Assembly: GCA_036489715.1 (NCBI GenBank)
Contig: DASXFG010000063.1
Span: forward strand, 2,272 to 66,271
DNA length: 64,000 nt
DNA from: Acidimicrobiales bacterium
GTDB taxonomy: Bacteria; Actinomycetota; Acidimicrobiia; Acidimicrobiales; RAAP-2
Direction: 5' to 3'
The notes beneath the pieces were generated by a model. The model saw nothing but the letters and a program-made list of their open reading frames with translations. It was not told where the DNA came from and made no database searches. A program made the translations under genes and the position numbers. Numbering within the stretch: position 1 is the stretch's first letter; each line of letters opens with the position of its first letter. Positions 40,708-50,140 of this stretch are shown here, piece after piece.

Positions 40708-41856
40708 TCAGTCGACGAGGACTCGAGGAACTCGCGCGCCCATACCGGTGAGGATCTCCCAGGTGATGGTGTCCCCCCACCGCGCCCAGTCGTCGGCGCT
40801 GACCACGTGGTCGCCCTGGGATCCGAGCAAGACCACGTCGTCACCCACTTTCACCTCGTCATCGCCCACGTCCACGACGAGCTGATCCATGGTGACCATA
40901 CCGGCCAGCGGGTAGCGCCGCGAGTTGATGAGCACTTCTGCGCCGCCGTGAAAGAGTCGCCGCGGGTAGCCATCGGCGTACCCGAAGGGCACGGTCACCA
41001 CGGTCGCGTCGCGCTCCAGCGCGCGCCCGCGCCCGTAACTGGGTCGGGCTCCGGCTCTCGCGCGCCGCGTGGCGGTCACCTTGGCGCGCAGCGTCAGAGC
41101 GGGTGCCAAGCGCTGGCCGCGCTCGTCGAGGACAGCGCTCAACCACGCGGCCGGTGCGTACCCGTAGAGCGCGAGCCCGACGCGCACCATGTTGTGACGA
41201 GAGTCGGGATAGCCCAGAGCGCCTGCGGAGTTGGCCGCGTGAATGAGCGCCGGGGCGATGTCGCGTCGCGCGAGGCTCTCGACAATCTCGTTAAAGGTCG
41301 CGATCTGGATACGGGTGAACTCCCGGTCGCACTCTTCTTGACCGTCGGCCACGCTGAAGTGAGTAAATATCCCCGCGAAGTCAACGTTGGGGGAAGAACG
41401 CACGACGCCGATGACCTCCTCCACCAAAGCGGGAAGCACACCCATGCGGTGCATGCCGGTGTCCACCTTTACGTGAAGGGCATGAACGCCCCCGAGGGAC
41501 TCGGCCCAACCAACCGCCGCCCTCGCGCCCTCGATCGATCCAATGGTGAGGGTGAGATCGGCACCGTACGCCCGGGCGATGGTCTGGGCAGGTATCTCGC
41601 TCATCACGAGTATCGGTGCCGTGACTCCGGCGTGGCGAAGTTCGATACCTTCATCAACCAACGCCACGCCGAGCGCGTCGGCACCACCGGCCACCGCGGC
41701 CTGCGCGGCGTAGACGGCGCCGTGTCCGTATCCGTTCGCCTTTACCACCGCGCAGATTCGCGCGTCCCCGACGATCGTGCGCAACGTCAGCACGTTGTGG
41801 GCGATCGCGGATGCCGACACTTCGGCCCACGCGGGTCGAAGGACGCCCTCAACCAC
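40708..41856 (-). CDS. alr: Alanine racemase
   Basis: AVVKANGYGHG PLP-lysine motif; 382 aa. Confidence 0.9.
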   Translation of the reverse strand: MVEGVLRPAWAEVSASAIAHNVLTLRTIVGDARICAVVKANGYGHGAVYAAQAAVAGGADALGVALVDEGIELRHAGVTAPILVMSEIPAQTIARAYGADLTLTIGSIEGARAAVGWAESLGGVHALHVKVDTGMHRMGVLPALVEEVIGVVRSSPNVDFAGIFTHFSVADGQEECDREFTRIQIATFNEIVESLARRDIAPALIHAANSAGALGYPDSRHNMVRVGLALYGYAPAAWLSAVLDERGQRLAPALTLRAKVTATRRARAGARPSYGRGRALERDATVVTVPFGYADGYPRRLFHGGAEVLINSRRYPLAGMVTMDQLVVDVGDDEVKVGDDVVLLGSQGDHVVSADDWARWGDTITWEILTGMGARVPRVLVD

Positions 41857-42232
41857 GAGTCTCGTCCTCGGACGATCCGACCACGAAGGCGGCGGCCAAG
41901 TGATCGGTGTGCGTCAGAGAGACGTGGAGGTAACCCACTTCCCGGTGGGCCGCGAGCTCTTTGGCGTGATCGTGCAGGAAGATGCGCGGCGCGCCCAACT
42001 CGTTCAGACGGACCTCGATTGACTGCCAGGTCGTGGCTCCCAGGCCGACTCCGAGAGTCTTTAGGACGGCTTCTTTGGCGGCGAAGCGCGCGGCGAGGCG
42101 CTCAACCTGGCCGTTCGCGTCGCGGCGTTCGCCCTCGGTGAAGAGCCGAGCGGCCAGGCGCGGACGACGCGAAAGTAGTTCCCGGAAGCGATCGACGTCC
42201 ACCAGGTCGACTCCCACCCCGGTGGTGGCCAC
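41849..42232 (-). CDS. acpS: Holo-[acyl-carrier-protein] synthase
   Basis: GVDLVDVDRF..FAAKEAVLKTLG..SLTHT motifs; 127 aa. Confidence 0.85.
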   Translation of the reverse strand: MATTGVGVDLVDVDRFRELLSRRPRLAARLFTEGERRDANGQVERLAARFAAKEAVLKTLGVGLGATTWQSIEVRLNELGAPRIFLHDHAKELAAHREVGYLHVSLTHTDHLAAAFVVGSSEDETRG

Positions 42233-44073
42233 TACTCCACCGTCACGGTCTTAGCGAGGTTGCGCGGCCGGTCAACGTTGCGGTTCAGACCGCGCGCCAT
42301 CGAGTACGCGAAAAGTTGCAAGGGCACGACGTCAATCATCGGAGTAAAGAGTGGCTCGCTTGCCGGAACGCGCAGCACGTAGTCGGCGATGGCTTCTACG
42401 TACTCGTCGTCGTCGCTAGCGACCGCGACCACCGTAGCGCCGCGCGCCTTAACTTCGGCCAGATTCGAAAGCATCTTTTCGTGCATCGCGGGATCCGTGA
42501 CCACCGCAACGACCACTACGCCCGGTTCAATGAGCGCCAGCGGCCCGTGCTTGAGCTCACCCGCGGGGTATCCCTCGGCGTGCAAGTAGCTGAGTTCCTT
42601 GAGCTTAAGAGCACCCTCTAAGGAGGTGGGAAAACCGACGTGGCGTCCGATGAAGAAAAAGTCACGCGCGCCGAGCAGTTGTTTGGCTACGTCCTCTACG
42701 TCGCCACGCCGCTCCAGTGCCACGGCGACCTGCTGCGCGACCGCCTGAAGGCCCTGAAATAGTGCGTCAACGTCACTGCTCGCCAACGTCTGGCGCAGTT
42801 GGGCGAGGCGCAGGGCCAGAAGTTCGAGCGCCGCCACTTGGGCGACGAAGGCCTTGGTCGACGCGACCGAGACCTCCAAGCCGGCTCTGGTGTAAATGAC
42901 GGCGTCCGCCTCGCGAGCGAGCGAAGATCCCACGATGTTGGTCACGCCCACGACGCGCGCGCCGCGCCGCTTAGCCTCGCGAATGGCCTGAATGGTGTCG
43001 ATCGTCTCGCCGCTCTGAGAGACCCCGATGACCAGGGTCCCGACCTCCACAATGGGGTCACGGTAGCGATACTCGCTGGAGATGTCGACCTCGGTCGAGA
43101 CGCGAGCCCAACGCTCGAGAGCGTACTTGGCGACTTGGGCGGCGTGGTTCGACGTGCCCGCCGCCACGATCACCACCCGGCTCACCTGACGCAACTCCTC
43201 ATCGGACACGCGCATCTCGTCAAAGGTGATCTCGCCGCTGCGACGTCGACGGTCTAAGAGTGTGGCGCGCAGTGCCTCGGGCTGCTCGTTGATCTCTTTG
43301 GTCATGAAGTCGTCGTGACCGCCCTTCTCGGCGGTCTCCAAATCCCAGTCGATGGAGAGCTGATGTAAGAGGACCGGTGAACCCTCGAGGTCGACCGCCC
43401 GAAACCCCGAGGGCGAAAGTCGCACGACTTCGTCGTCATTGACGGCGTAGAAGGCGGTCGCGCGGTCGAGTATCGCCGGAATGTCGCTGGCGAGGTAGGT
43501 CACGCCCGGCGCGGTGCCCACGATGAGCGGGGAGATGCGACGAGCGGCCACGATCACGTCGGGTTCGGTTGCGTCAACCGCCGCCACCGCAAAGGCCCCG
43601 CGCACCACGAGCAAGCTCTGGCGCACGGCCTCGATGAGTTCCAAACCTCGGCGGCGCTCCTCTTCGATCAGGTGCGCCAGCACTTCGGAGTCGGTACGAG
43701 AACTAAAGATATGTCCCTTTGCCTCGAGTTCCTCCTGGAGTTCGGCGTGATTTTCGATGATGCCGTTGTGAATGATGGCGACGTGCCCCGAGCAGTCGAG
43801 GTGCGGGTGCGCATTATGCGCCTCGGGTGCTCCGTGGGTGGCCCAACGGGTGTGGCCGATGCCCGAGACAAATCCCGAAGGGGCGCTTGCACACTCCGCG
43901 CGCAGCGCCTGGACGGACTCGGTGCCAACGGCCGTGCGGGCCCGCCAGGTCTCCCCCGCACGCACGAGCGCAATTCCGGCGGAGTCGTATCCGCGATATT
44001 CGAGTCGGGCCAGGCCCTCCAGCAACGTGTCCAGAGTGTCGCTCGAGCCCGCCACCCCGATGATGCCGCACAT
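42232..44073 (-). CDS. glmS: Glutamine--fructose-6-phosphate aminotransferase
   Basis: MCGIIGV N-terminal nucleophile, two SIS domains, C-terminal NLAKTVTVE. Confidence 0.95.
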   Translation of the reverse strand: MCGIIGVAGSSDTLDTLLEGLARLEYRGYDSAGIALVRAGETWRARTAVGTESVQALRAECASAPSGFVSGIGHTRWATHGAPEAHNAHPHLDCSGHVAIIHNGIIENHAELQEELEAKGHIFSSRTDSEVLAHLIEEERRRGLELIEAVRQSLLVVRGAFAVAAVDATEPDVIVAARRISPLIVGTAPGVTYLASDIPAILDRATAFYAVNDDEVVRLSPSGFRAVDLEGSPVLLHQLSIDWDLETAEKGGHDDFMTKEINEQPEALRATLLDRRRRSGEITFDEMRVSDEELRQVSRVVIVAAGTSNHAAQVAKYALERWARVSTEVDISSEYRYRDPIVEVGTLVIGVSQSGETIDTIQAIREAKRRGARVVGVTNIVGSSLAREADAVIYTRAGLEVSVASTKAFVAQVAALELLALRLAQLRQTLASSDVDALFQGLQAVAQQVAVALERRGDVEDVAKQLLGARDFFFIGRHVGFPTSLEGALKLKELSYLHAEGYPAGELKHGPLALIEPGVVVVAVVTDPAMHEKMLSNLAEVKARGATVVAVASDDDEYVEAIADYVLRVPASEPLFTPMIDVVPLQLFAYSMARGLNRNVDRPRNLAKTVTVE

Positions 44074-44117
44074 GAGAACCAGCCTACTCGCGCAGTTTTT
44101 GACTCTCTCGAGGCAAA

Positions 44118-45416
44118 TTATGCGTAGAGAGAGGTAAGTCGTTCGCTAAAGACCTCAACAAACTCAGCGTTGAGCGCCTCGACCATGATGCGCACCAGCG
44201 GCTCGGTCCCCGAGGGGCGCACGAGTAGGCGCACGTCCTCGCGCTCGACGCGGTAGTCCTCCAAAAGCTCGTTAAAGATCTGCTGAACAACCGCGTCACT
44301 GAAGTGCTCTCGCGACACATTAAAAAGCGACTGGGGAACTCGACGCCACGCGCTGCCGGCCAGAACGGCGAGTGGGCCGCGGCGCACCACGAGTTCGGCC
44401 AGGATCAATCCGGTCAACATCCCGTCTCCGGTGGGAGCAAGGTCGCGGAAAATCACGTGACCCGACTGCTCGCCGCCCAGCGTCCAGGACCGATCTTCCA
44501 GGGCCAAGAGCACGTTCCGGTCTCCCACGTCCGTCTCTTCGATCGCAATATTCACCGCATCCAGCGCACGCTTAAGACCGAGGTTGCTCATCGTGGTCAC
44601 GACAATCCCTCCGCCTAAGTCGCCACGCTCGTGGCGGTCCAGGGCAAAGAGAACCATGAGGTCGTCTCCATCTCGGATCGTGCCCTCGGCGTCAACCGCG
44701 ATAAGTCGGTCGGCATCGCCGTCGAACGCCAATCCCAGATCGGCATCCGCTTCGCGCACGGCTGCAATCAGAGCGTCGACGTGGGTGGACCCGGAGTCCA
44801 CGTTGATATTGCGACCGTCGGGATCGTCGTGAATGAACCGAAGCGTCGCGCCGGTGGATTCGAAAAGTTCGTGGGCCACGTGGGAGGCGGCGCCGTTCGC
44901 GCAGTCGACCACGATCGACAACGACGACAGATCGGCCGGAGAGAGTTGTCGCAGGTGCCTTACGTAATCGTGCTGCGCGCTCTCGTCCACCTCGGGCGAG
45001 TCGAATACCTTTTCACTGGTGCCTTCGGCGACATTGAGCGCGCTCTCCACTGCTGCTTCGGTGGCGTGATCGAGCTTGGCTCCGCCCACGCCCAATACCT
45101 TGAGCCCATTGTCGTAGTAGGGGTTATGCGAGGCCGACACCACGACCCCGGCACCGCCGCGCTGCTGAGCGATGACGGCAACACCGGGAGTGGTGAAGAA
45201 GCCAAGATTGACGCCCACCGCGCCGCCGTCGCGCAGACCCGCCAGCACCGCTGCGGCGAGATTCGGCGAGCTTTCGCGAGTGTCGTAGCCGACGAATACC
45301 GGCACCGAGAAGACGAGCGCGACGGCGCGGCCGAGTCGGTAGGCGACATCGGGGGTGATCTCGTCGCTGGCGCGACCTCGGATGCCATCCGTGCCGAATC
45401 GCACGGGTACTCCCAT
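44118..45416 (-). CDS. glmM: Phosphoglucosamine mutase
   Basis: FGTDGIRG, SASHNPYYDNG phosphoserine loop, FDGDADR; TAATG-type 1-nt overlap with the rpsI stop. Confidence 0.9.
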   Translation of the reverse strand: MGVPVRFGTDGIRGRASDEITPDVAYRLGRAVALVFSVPVFVGYDTRESSPNLAAAVLAGLRDGGAVGVNLGFFTTPGVAVIAQQRGGAGVVVSASHNPYYDNGLKVLGVGGAKLDHATEAAVESALNVAEGTSEKVFDSPEVDESAQHDYVRHLRQLSPADLSSLSIVVDCANGAASHVAHELFESTGATLRFIHDDPDGRNINVDSGSTHVDALIAAVREADADLGLAFDGDADRLIAVDAEGTIRDGDDLMVLFALDRHERGDLGGGIVVTTMSNLGLKRALDAVNIAIEETDVGDRNVLLALEDRSWTLGGEQSGHVIFRDLAPTGDGMLTGLILAELVVRRGPLAVLAGSAWRRVPQSLFNVSREHFSDAVVQQIFNELLEDYRVEREDVRLLVRPSGTEPLVRIMVEALNAEFVEVFSERLTSLYA

Positions 45417-45808
45417 TAACGCTTGGAGTACTGAGGAGCCTTGCGCGCCTTTTTGAGACCGTACTTCTTGGTCTCCTTCTTGCGCGAGTCGCGAGTCAAC
45501 AGGCCCGCCTTTTTGAGGGCCGGTCTCGCAGTGTCGTCGATCTCGAGCAGCGAGCGCGAGATACCCAGGCGCAGCGCACCGGCCTGGCCGGCCACTCCAC
45601 CGCCTTCAATGGTGGCGTCGATGTCGTAGGTCGTCTGCGCGTCGAGCAGCCGCAGAGGCTCCATCACCATCTGACGATGCGTCGCCGAGGTGAAGTAGTT
45701 GTCGAAGGCCCGCGAGTTAATGGTGATCGTGCCGGTGCCGGGGCGAAGTCGCACGCGCGCCACCGCTTCCTTGCGGCGTCCGGTGGTCTGAGTAAGAGGT
45801 ATCGTCAA
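45416..45808 (-). CDS. rpsI: 30S ribosomal protein S9
   Basis: [28 protein letters not shown]-terminal [12 protein letters not shown]. Confidence 0.95.
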   Translation of the reverse strand: MTIPLTQTTGRRKEAVARVRLRPGTGTITINSRAFDNYFTSATHRQMVMEPLRLLDAQTTYDIDATIEGGGVAGQAGALRLGISRSLLEIDDTARPALKKAGLLTRDSRKKETKKYGLKKARKAPQYSKR

Positions 45809-45817
45809 CGTCGCTCC

Positions 45818-46264
45818 TTAACCCCGGCGAATCGCCGACGTGTCAAAACTGGTGGGTCGCTGGGCCGCGTGGGGATGCTCGGGGCTCGCGTAGACGAAGA
45901 GCTTGTCCATCTGAGCTCGACCGAGACGATTCTTGGGAATCATGCCCCGAATCGCGTCGAAGACTAACTTCTCGGGATTCTCGTCCATCAAACTCTGCCA
46001 GGACGTCGCGCGAAGTCCGCCCGGATATCCCGAGTGGCGGTAGCGGAAGTTCTGGGTCGCCTTGTTAGCGGTGACGACGACCTTGTCGGCGTTCACCACG
46101 ATCACGTAATCGCCCGTGTCCACGTGCGGAGCAAAGAACGTACGGTGCTTACCGCGCAGCAGCGAAGCGGCAACCGTGGCGAGGCGACCAAGAACCAAGC
46201 CCTCGGCGTCGATGACCAGCCAGTCGCGCGTCAGTTCCGCGGGCTTGGGCGAGTAGGTCTTCAC
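45818..46264 (-). CDS. rplM: 50S ribosomal protein L13
   Basis: VKTYSPKPAELTRDWLVIDAEGLVLGRLA..; GTG 46264 lies 4 nt after GAAGGAAG. The track ORF start at 46516 is an extension. Confidence 0.9.
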   Translation of the reverse strand: MKTYSPKPAELTRDWLVIDAEGLVLGRLATVAASLLRGKHRTFFAPHVDTGDYVIVVNADKVVVTANKATQNFRYRHSGYPGGLRATSWQSLMDENPEKLVFDAIRGMIPKNRLGRAQMDKLFVYASPEHPHAAQRPTSFDTSAIRRG

Positions 46265-46322
46265 AGTTCTTCCTTCAGCGAAATCTTCGGTATCGACCCC
46301 AGGGGTCCGAGGGGGACTCTCT

Positions 46323-46352
46323 ATCTTACGAAATCCGGCCCCAGTGGGGCAA
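46323..46352 (-). promoter_or_regulatory. Candidate rplM-rpsI-glmM promoter
   Basis: Minus strand: -35 TTGCCC (46347-46352), 18-nt spacer, -10 TAAGAT (46323-46328); same -10 hexamer as the groES candidate. Confidence 0.4.
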
Positions 46353-46398
46353 GTTGCGCTGATTTCGAGGTTTCCACCTCGGCGAGAGCCGCTCCAGC

Positions 46399-46953
46399 CT
46401 ACTGGTCCGAGGCCGGATCGCGCTCGGCGACCCCCGGGCTGACTTCGGGGTTGAAGGCCATCCACCGGCGACCGTCGAATAATTCGCGCACCACATCCAG
46501 GTGGCCGGCGTGGCACGCGGTCTCTTCAATCATGTGCAACACAATGAAGCCGACGTCGGCTACCTTCCAGTCACCCCACCACTCCTCAGAGATCGCAGGA
46601 GGTTGATCGAGAGTCGTCTCGGTGATGATCTCGTTCGAACGCGCCCACTCGGCTCGATAGAGGGAGAAGATTTCATCGGCGGTCTCGTCGGCCCCGACCC
46701 GCCACGCTCCCCCCTCATCCAGACTGTTCTCGGTGAAAAAAGTCAGCGCTTCGCCCGCCACGATGCAACGCGCCCAGTAATGCTCAACGTCGAGGGCGAG
46801 ATGCTTGACCAGACCAAGACAACTCCACCCCGAAGGTAGGACTGCCCGTCGTAGTTGTTCGTCGTTGAGGTCTTCGAGAATGCCCAGCACGTGCTCGCGC
46901 TGAGCGTCGAGAAACCCGATCAGTCGATCTCGTTGGTCACGATCATTCACCAT
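46399..46953 (-). CDS. DinB-family (DUF664-like) four-helix-bundle protein
   Basis: LVKHL..E.YW and HMIEETACHAGHLDVVREL metal-ligand pattern typical of DinB/DUF664; ATG 46953 overlaps the pepO stop by 7 nt (ATGGTGA). Confidence 0.6.
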   Translation of the reverse strand: MVNDRDQRDRLIGFLDAQREHVLGILEDLNDEQLRRAVLPSGWSCLGLVKHLALDVEHYWARCIVAGEALTFFTENSLDEGGAWRVGADETADEIFSLYRAEWARSNEIITETTLDQPPAISEEWWGDWKVADVGFIVLHMIEETACHAGHLDVVRELFDGRRWMAFNPEVSPGVAERDPASDQ

Positions 46954-48929
46954 ATGGACACCCGTCGATCTGGATCGAGCCACAGGGCGTCGCCCTCGCT
47001 CACTCCAAAGGCCTCGTAGAACTCATCGAGGTTACGCACCACTTGATTGCAGCGAAACACCGCCGGCGAGTGAGGATCGATTGCGAGTCGGCGTTCGACC
47101 TCGGCGGTCCTCGCTTGGTACTGCCACGCCTGAGCCCACGACAGGAAAAAACGCTCCGCTCCGCTGAGGCCGTCGATCACCGGCGCTTCCGCGCCGTCGA
47201 GGGCGATGACATACGCCTTCCACGCGATCCCGAGTCCTCCGAGGTCGCCAATGTTCTCACCGATCGTCAGCGCGCCGTTGACGTGCAGATCGGGGGTCTC
47301 TTCGGGCGAGAGGGAGTTGTACTGATCGATCAACGCGCGTGCGCGCTCTTCGAAAGCCTCGCGGTCCGCGGGCTCCCACCAGTCGGTCAAACGTCCCGTG
47401 CCGTCGAACTTAGAGCCCTGATCGTCGAAACCGTGACCGATCTCGTGACCGATGACCGCACCGATTCCGCCGTAGTTCGCCGCGTCGTCGCGAGCCGCGT
47501 CGAAGAAGGGCCACTGAAGGATGGCCGCGGGAAAGACGATCTCGTTGAAGCCGGGGTTGTAGTACGCGTTCACGGTTTGGGGGGTCATGAACCACTCGTC
47601 GCGATCAATCGGCGAGCCGATCTTCGCCAACTCACGCTGGAACTCGAAGTCGTTGGCGGCGCGCACGTTGTCGATGAGACTCCCGGAATCGACTACGAGC
47701 GCCGAATAGTCACGCCAGACAACCGGGTAACCAATCTTGGGAGTGAACGCCGACAGCTTCTCCAGGGCTCGCTCGCGCGTGGCGGGGGTCATCCACTCCA
47801 GGGTCGAGATGCTCTGGCGGTACGCCTCGATGAGGTTTGCTACCAATTCATCCATGCGAGCCTTGGCCAAGGGAGGAAAATGGCGCTCGACGTAGATCTG
47901 ACCAATGGCTTCGCCGAGGGCTCCCTCCACCAGCGAGACGCCGCGCTTCCAACGCGCGCGCAACTCCTGGGCACCGGTGAGTGTACGACCGTAGAAGTCG
48001 AACTGCTCATCAACGAACTCGCGCGACAGATACGACGCGTACCCGCGCACGATCCTCCAGCGCAACCAGTCGCGCCAGGCGTCGAGGCGCGTGACGTCAA
48101 ACAGCTCACCCAGGTCGCGAAAGAAACTCGGCTCTCGCACCACCACCTCGGCCAATGCGCCTACGGGCGCGGAGAACGCGCTCGCCCAATCGTCGAGGCT
48201 CACGGCGTCCACGTCGGGCAAACCCGCACCAAACAGATCCCGTACGCTGTCCCACTCCATCGGGTTGTAGGTCTTTTCGCTTTCGCGGGTTGCGACGTTG
48301 TCCCAGTGGCGCCGCGCGATGTCGGTCTCAAGGTCGAATACTCGTTGGGCGCGCTCCATCGAGTCATCGACGCCGGCGAGTTCGAACATCCGCTGAATGT
48401 GTACGACATAGGCCTCTCGCACCGAGGCGAACTGATCTTCTCGGTAGTAGTTCTCGTCGGGCAGTGAAATCCCGCCCTGCTCAAGAAAGACCCGATACCG
48501 ATCGGGTTGTCCTGGGTCGTTGTCGACGAACACGCCAAAGAAGCCCGATAGTCCCGAGCGCTGCAGTTGACCGACCGTGCTCATGAGTTCCTCGAGTGAG
48601 CTCACCGCCTCGGCCGCCGCCAGATCGCCAGCGAGGGGCTGAGACCCATCAGCCTCGATGCGTTCTTCGTCCATGAAGCTGGCGTAGAGATCTGCGACCT
48701 TTGTCGCACTAGCGCTGTCTTTCATCGCTCCCGCCGCTTCGACGATCTCGCGTATAGCGCTCTCGGACTCTTCGCGTAGCTTCTCGAAGGCACCGTACCC
48801 CGACTTGTCAGCGGGAATCGGAGTGCTCTTCATCCAGCGATCGTTGACGTGACGAAACAGGTCGTCCTGGGGTCGAATTTCGGCGTTCAGATCGCCTACC
48901 GTGATTCCCGAAAGTTGGTGTTCAGACAT
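46947..48929 (-). CDS. pepO: M13-family zinc metallopeptidase (PepO / neprilysin-like)
   Basis: VIGHEIGHGFDDQG HExxH motif, NAYY, GENIGDLGG; 660 aa with no obvious signal peptide. Confidence 0.85.
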   Translation of the reverse strand: MSEHQLSGITVGDLNAEIRPQDDLFRHVNDRWMKSTPIPADKSGYGAFEKLREESESAIREIVEAAGAMKDSASATKVADLYASFMDEERIEADGSQPLAGDLAAAEAVSSLEELMSTVGQLQRSGLSGFFGVFVDNDPGQPDRYRVFLEQGGISLPDENYYREDQFASVREAYVVHIQRMFELAGVDDSMERAQRVFDLETDIARRHWDNVATRESEKTYNPMEWDSVRDLFGAGLPDVDAVSLDDWASAFSAPVGALAEVVVREPSFFRDLGELFDVTRLDAWRDWLRWRIVRGYASYLSREFVDEQFDFYGRTLTGAQELRARWKRGVSLVEGALGEAIGQIYVERHFPPLAKARMDELVANLIEAYRQSISTLEWMTPATRERALEKLSAFTPKIGYPVVWRDYSALVVDSGSLIDNVRAANDFEFQRELAKIGSPIDRDEWFMTPQTVNAYYNPGFNEIVFPAAILQWPFFDAARDDAANYGGIGAVIGHEIGHGFDDQGSKFDGTGRLTDWWEPADREAFEERARALIDQYNSLSPEETPDLHVNGALTIGENIGDLGGLGIAWKAYVIALDGAEAPVIDGLSGAERFFLSWAQAWQYQARTAEVERRLAIDPHSPAVFRCNQVVRNLDEFYEAFGVSEGDALWLDPDRRVSIW

Positions 48930-48961
48930 GGCGACAGCCTAATGAGAGGCGGCGGCGCGCT

Positions 48962-49789
48962 TCAGTCGTAGCCGACGTTGATAAGGGCGAGGCCCGCTGC
49001 GGGGGCGGCCTGGGGCAGACGCTCGCGGCTTCCGCTCTCGAGGCGCCGAGCGATCTCTTCGGGCGCGAGGCGATTCTGGCCGATAGCGACCATGGTCGAG
49101 ACGAGGCAGCGCACCATGTTGTGGCAGAACGATTGCCCCCGAACGCTAAATCGCACCGCCGGGCCCCCTCGAGGACTCATGGCCCACTCGTCGTCGACGC
49201 GGTCCCAATGCGCGGCGATCACTCGGCGCACCAGCGCCTCACCGGGTGGTGATTTGGCGGGTCGCTGGCAGAACGCACGAAAGTCGTGAGTGCCTAACGC
49301 GCTCTTGGCGGCCCGATTCATCGCCGCGACGTCCAGTGGTCCCTTCACCGTCCACGCCCAGTCATTGGTCGAATTCAGACCCGGGGCATCGTCTTCGAGA
49401 ACGAGGTAGCGGTATTCGCGCCACGTCGCAGAAAATCGCGCGTGGAAGTTCTCACTGACGGGCTGGGCGCTCAGAATCTGGATTCGGCCCCGCAGTTGCT
49501 TGTTAAGCGAGCTCACCAGTCGCTCGCCCTCGAGAGACCGCGCCTTGGTGGCGATCGGCAAATCGACGTGCACTACTTGGCGAAAGGCGTGCACCCCCGA
49601 GTCGGTACGCCCGGCGCCCACGATGACGGGCTCGTCCTGCAGGCCCAGGGTGGAGGCGAGGGTGGTACGCAACAAACTCACCACGGTGTCGTGGTGGGGT
49701 TGATAGGCGAAGCCCTTAAAGCCCCGACCGTCATAGGCCAGGTCGAAGCGCCAGCGCTGAGCGGCGCCTAGGGAATCAGACGAACTCAA
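48962..49789 (-). CDS. truA: tRNA pseudouridine(38-40) synthase
   Basis: FDLAYDGRGFKGF..GAGRTDSGVHA catalytic Asp motif. Confidence 0.9.
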   Translation of the reverse strand: MSSSDSLGAAQRWRFDLAYDGRGFKGFAYQPHHDTVVSLLRTTLASTLGLQDEPVIVGAGRTDSGVHAFRQVVHVDLPIATKARSLEGERLVSSLNKQLRGRIQILSAQPVSENFHARFSATWREYRYLVLEDDAPGLNSTNDWAWTVKGPLDVAAMNRAAKSALGTHDFRAFCQRPAKSPPGEALVRRVIAAHWDRVDDEWAMSPRGGPAVRFSVRGQSFCHNMVRCLVSTMVAIGQNRLAPEEIARRLESGSRERLPQAAPAAGLALINVGYD

Positions 49790-50138
49790 TGCGCGCCATC
49801 GGCGCGTTGTCGCCCTGACGCGGGCCGAGCTTCAAGATTCGCGTGTAGCCACCGGGTCGATCCGCGTAGCGCGGAGCGATCTCGGTGAAGAGCTTGTGAG
49901 TCATGTCCTTGTCGCGGATGAAGGCGACCACGCGGCGATTCGCGTGAACCGACCCCTCGGGCGAGTTCTTGGCCGCGGTGACGACTTTTTCGACGATGGG
50001 ACGCAACGCCTTGGCCTTGGCCTCGGTGGTCACGATCGACTCGGCCGCGATCATTGAAGCGACGAGATTGCCCATCATGGCCTTCTGGTGCGCCGAGTCG
50101 CCGCCGAAGCGCTGACCCTTGGTGGGAGTGCCGCGCAC
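49776..50138 (-). CDS. rplQ: 50S ribosomal protein L17
   Basis: PTKGQRFGGDSAHQKAMMGNLVASMI..TTEAKAKALRP. Confidence 0.9.
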   Translation of the reverse strand: MRGTPTKGQRFGGDSAHQKAMMGNLVASMIAAESIVTTEAKAKALRPIVEKVVTAAKNSPEGSVHANRRVVAFIRDKDMTHKLFTEIAPRYADRPGGYTRILKLGPRQGDNAPMARIEFV

Positions 50139-50140
50139 GA

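Noticed and set aside
40654-42141. 495-aa plus-strand ORF antisense to udg/alr/acpS
   Set aside because: Arg/Gly/His-rich with no motifs. The opposite strand encodes three well-supported, translationally coupled genes.
44074-44117. Possible glmS ribozyme upstream of glmS
   Set aside because: The glmM-glmS spacer is only 44 nt, far too short for the roughly 170-nt ribozyme core, and none of its conserved structure is visible.
47043-48467. 474-aa plus-strand ORF antisense to pepO. Similar cases are 26758-28077 (antisense to pcrA), 50054-51103 (antisense to rpoA), 13704-14867 (antisense to the ABC ATPase) and 22837-23454 (antisense to sucD).
   Set aside because: The same high-GC antisense phenomenon. 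Each overlaps a confidently identified gene on the other strand and none shows a recognisable domain.
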